A DNA stretch of 30,377 nucleotides from Promethearchaeota archaeon (GTDB lineage: Archaea; Asgardarchaeota; Lokiarchaeia; Sigyniarchaeales; SOKP01): contig JBHLPW010000056.1 of the NCBI GenBank assembly GCA_048939015.1, positions 1-30,377 of the forward strand, written 5' to 3'. The notes under the pieces are model-generated. The model did not search any database. It worked only from the letters and a program-made list of their open reading frames with translations, and had not been told where the DNA came from. The translations under genes were made by a program, and so were the position numbers. Below are positions 27,448-30,377 of the stretch, piece by piece (the first letter of the stretch is position 1; each line of letters starts with the position of its first letter).

Positions 27448-28770
27448 ATGGAGTTTGATAATTTAGAAGATTGGAGAAAGACTCATTTCACAAAAGATAT
27501 AACAACAGATTTAGTTAATAAAGAAGTCATTTTAGGAGGTTGGGTTCGAAATTTTAGGGATCTTGGAGGCTTAAAATTCATCTCTTTACAGGACAAATTT
27601 GGAGAACGTCAAATAACCCTGAAAAAGGGAGTTGTAACCGAAGATTTATTTGACAAGGCTAAAGTTGGATACCAATATTGTATAATGGTGAAAGGTACTG
27701 TCAAGGCATTTAATGAAGCACCAGGAGGGATTGAAATTATACCCTCTGAAATAAAAATACTAAATACAACGCCTGAGAAGCTTCCTATAGATATGACTGG
27801 AGAAACTATATCTGAATTAGATCTTAGATTAAATAATAGAGCTTTAGATTTGAGATCTCTTAAAAATCAAGCTGTTTTTAGAATTAGAGGTGAAATGTTA
27901 AGGGCAATTCGAAAATTTTTATTTGAAAGATATTTTACTGAAATAACTACTCCTAAAATTATAGGTTCTGCAACAGAAGGGGGTACTGAGCTATTTCCTA
28001 TTATATATTTCGAAAGAGAAGCATTTCTCACTCAATCAGCTCAATTATATAAAGAACAATTAAGTGGAGTTTATGAACGGGTTTTTGAGATAAGTGACTG
28101 TTTTAGAGCAGAAAAACACCGTACAAAAAGACATTTATGCGAGATTTTTACATTAGACGTTGAAATAGCTTTTTCAACAATGGAGGATGTTCTTAAATTA
28201 TTAGAAGAACTTGTGTACAATGTTTTAAAAGATGTAAGAGAAAATCGATTTGATGCTTTAAAATATTTAGGAATGGAAAATATAACCGTTTTACCAGAGA
28301 TTCCATTTCCTAGATATAAATACGAAGAAATTATTGAATTAATTAACACTAAATTTGGTTTTAATATTGAATTTGGTGAAGATATTTCTACTGAAGCTTA
28401 TCGAAAATTGGGTAAAGAATTCCCTAATTATTACTATATAACACATTGGCCAATGTCAATAAAACCATTTTATATTATGCCGTCGAAGGATAATAAGTAT
28501 AGTGAATCCTTTGATTTACAAAAGGGAATGCTAGAATTAACTTCTGGAGGAACAAGAGTTCACAATATGGAACAATTAATTAATGCTATTGAAAATCAAG
28601 GACTTAATTCAACTTCTTTTAAATCTCATTTAAAAGCTTTTGAATATGGAATGCCGCCACATGCAGGATTTGGCTTGGGGATAGATAGATGGCTTACTAT
28701 GATATGTGGACTAGATGACATTAGGGAAGCTGTAATGTATCCTAGAACTGCTGATAGATTAACCCCTTAA
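27448..28770 (+). CDS. aspS: Aspartate--tRNA ligase (archaeal type)
   Basis: [73 protein letters not shown]. Confidence 0.95.
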   Translation: MEFDNLEDWRKTHFTKDITTDLVNKEVILGGWVRNFRDLGGLKFISLQDKFGERQITLKKGVVTEDLFDKAKVGYQYCIMVKGTVKAFNEAPGGIEIIPSEIKILNTTPEKLPIDMTGETISELDLRLNNRALDLRSLKNQAVFRIRGEMLRAIRKFLFERYFTEITTPKIIGSATEGGTELFPIIYFEREAFLTQSAQLYKEQLSGVYERVFEISDCFRAEKHRTKRHLCEIFTLDVEIAFSTMEDVLKLLEELVYNVLKDVRENRFDALKYLGMENITVLPEIPFPRYKYEEIIELINTKFGFNIEFGEDISTEAYRKLGKEFPNYYYITHWPMSIKPFYIMPSKDNKYSESFDLQKGMLELTSGGTRVHNMEQLINAIENQGLNSTSFKSHLKAFEYGMPPHAGFGLGIDRWLTMICGLDDIREAVMYPRTADRLTP

Positions 28771-28796
28771 TATTAAAAAACAGAATTTTTAAGAAA

Positions 28797-29714
28797 ATGA
28801 TAAATAATTACATTCAAGATTATATAAAATCAGGGAAAGCAGTTATAGCAGCGAAAAGACTGGCAATGAAATTAGTTTCACCAGGAGAATTATTTTTAGA
28901 TATTGCAAATAAATGTGAGGCAGAGATAATTAAGAATGAATGTGAATTATCTTTTCCAATCAATATTTCTTTAAATGAAATTGCTGCTCATTATAGCCCT
29001 CCTATAGATGATGAGACTAGAATACCAGAGAAAGGCCTCTTAAAAATTGATATTGGGGCTCATTATAATGGTTATATAGCAGATTCAGCATTCACTATAA
29101 ATATCGACGAAGATCCGGAGCTTCAGAATTTTATTGATGCAGCAAAAGAAGCACTCGATGCGGCAATTGAAATTTTCAATCCCGGAGTTAAATTGTATGA
29201 ACTTGGTGAAGTAATCGAAGAAAAAATCAGCAATCGTGGTTTAAAACCAATAAAGAATTTGGGAGGTCATGAACTAAAACAATATAATTTACATGCTGGC
29301 CCTTTCATACCAAATCATAAAGATAAACTCCATAACCAAATACTCAAACCGGGGGATGCTTATGCATGTGAACCTTTTTCCACTTCTGGAGCTGGAAGAG
29401 TAGAAAATGGAGATCAGGCCTTTATATTTCGATTTTTGAAAAAAGTTAAAAAAAATATGTCATATGAACATCTAGGATACATGAGTAAAATTGAAAGTAA
29501 TTTCAAACAGCTTCCTTTTAGTCCCCGATGGATAGAAAAAGAAAGTCTTATCCCTAAAAGTAAAATTCAACGAACAATTGAATTTTTTACAAGTAAAAAA
29601 GTCTTAAGTAAATATCCTATTTTAGTTGAGGCTCTTAAAAAACCAGTAGCTCAAGAAGAACATACAATTATCCTGGATGAAAATGGGAAACGAATTGTTA
29701 CAACAAAAGAATAA
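28797..29714 (+). CDS. map: Methionine aminopeptidase, type II
   Basis: FPINISLNEIAAHY, KIDIGAHYNGYIADSAFT, NLGGH, LHAG, ACEPF, QEEHT. Confidence 0.96.
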   Translation: MINNYIQDYIKSGKAVIAAKRLAMKLVSPGELFLDIANKCEAEIIKNECELSFPINISLNEIAAHYSPPIDDETRIPEKGLLKIDIGAHYNGYIADSAFTINIDEDPELQNFIDAAKEALDAAIEIFNPGVKLYELGEVIEEKISNRGLKPIKNLGGHELKQYNLHAGPFIPNHKDKLHNQILKPGDAYACEPFSTSGAGRVENGDQAFIFRFLKKVKKNMSYEHLGYMSKIESNFKQLPFSPRWIEKESLIPKSKIQRTIEFFTSKKVLSKYPILVEALKKPVAQEEHTIILDENGKRIVTTKE

Positions 29715-30377
29715 GTTTAAAGAAATAATATCGGCGGTCATATTATGCGCTGGTGAGGGAACGCGACTAAAGAAAATTACTAAAACTACTCCAAAACCAC
29801 TAATCAAAATTGAAAAATTTAAAAATATTCCTATTCTCCTTCATACGATTAATAATCTCGTTAATTTAGAAATAGAACAAATTGGAATTGTCATTGGTTA
29901 TTTGGGAAAGAAAATTTCTAATTTTATTTCAAATTTAATAAAAGAAAATGATGTTTTACAAGAAAAACTTCAAATCATTAATGCTAAAAAGCAATATAAA
30001 TTTGGACCTTTATATTCCTTTTTATCCATAACTAAAAATAAGAACTTCTTCACTAAAGATCATTATTATTTAGTTATACCAGGTGATACTGTTTTTGAAA
30101 CTAATATTCTAGTTGAAGTTTTAAACTTAATATCTAATAATTATGCATTAATTGAGAAATTTCCCTTTTTATTTTATAGAAATATAGAAATCTCAAAGTT
30201 AATAGAACTTTATAGTATAGACCGGTTTATTTCTAATGCCGAAATTGAAATATTAGATTCTAATTTTATATTAAAAAAAATATCAATTCTAAAAGTAGAT
30301 GAAATTCCTCATAGGGATACTATTAATCAGATTATACCGATTATAGGTTTAAATTATAATGCAGTAATCGAAATTTT
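29677..30377 (+). CDS. Partial nucleotidyltransferase (NTP_transferase family); runs off the window edge
   Basis: The frame from ATG 29677 (alternative starts 29683, 29695) contains AVILCAGEGTRLKKITKTTPKPLIKI, then VIGYLG and PGD. It overlaps the end of map. Confidence 0.85.
   Translation, partial: MKMGNELLQQKNKFKEIISAVILCAGEGTRLKKITKTTPKPLIKIEKFKNIPILLHTINNLVNLEIEQIGIVIGYLGKKISNFISNLIKENDVLQEKLQIINAKKQYKFGPLYSFLSITKNKNFFTKDHYYLVIPGDTVFETNILVEVLNLISNNYALIEKFPFLFYRNIEISKLIELYSIDRFISNAEIEILDSNFILKKISILKVDEIPHRDTINQIIPIIGLNYNAVIEI

Noticed and set aside
554-29807. Short antisense or alternate-frame ORFs in the track (e.g. 554-751, 1291-1476, 2982-3305, 4461-4775, 13775-14101, 15251-15550, 17283-17522, 28071-28349, 29622-29807)
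   Set aside because: They are nested in or opposite well-supported genes and have no recognisable motifs, so they are treated as shadow ORFs.
1-30377. tRNA/rRNA genes, integrase, transposase, att sites
   Set aside because: Intergenic regions are short and AT-rich with no cloverleaf-like GC-rich segments. No recombinase motifs or paired terminal repeats were seen by eye.

Overview
Low-GC archaeal DNA, most likely from a Lokiarchaeia/Promethearchaeota (Asgard) genome. The assignment rests on a Loki-CTERM-type sorting tail, a longin-like protein, L38e and L40e, a thermosome subunit, and archaeal AspRS, Pth2, TruD and MetAP2. The window has two halves. About 17.2-30.4 kb is mostly housekeeping, plus a beta-helix surface protein and an orphan DNA methyltransferase. 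About 1-17.2 kb is an accessory, defence- or MGE-like island with three different HerA/FtsK/VirB4-type ATPases, five predicted nuclease domains (HNH, two PD-(D/E)xK, NYN/PIN, GIY-YIG), a degenerate mini-MCM, a tandem-wHTH/TPR protein and several membrane proteins. The best candidates for undescribed systems are: (i) a two-gene operon of a Regnase-like NYN RNase and a RecB-family nuclease fused to a full-length HerA; (ii) a translationally coupled pair of a GIY-YIG nuclease carrying three repeat arrays and a HerA-like ATPase; (iii) a pseudo-MCM lacking the Zn finger, pre-sensor-1 hairpin, catalytic Glu and Arg finger. No tRNA, rRNA, CRISPR array, integrase or transposase was seen. All family assignments come from motifs read by eye; no database searches were run.
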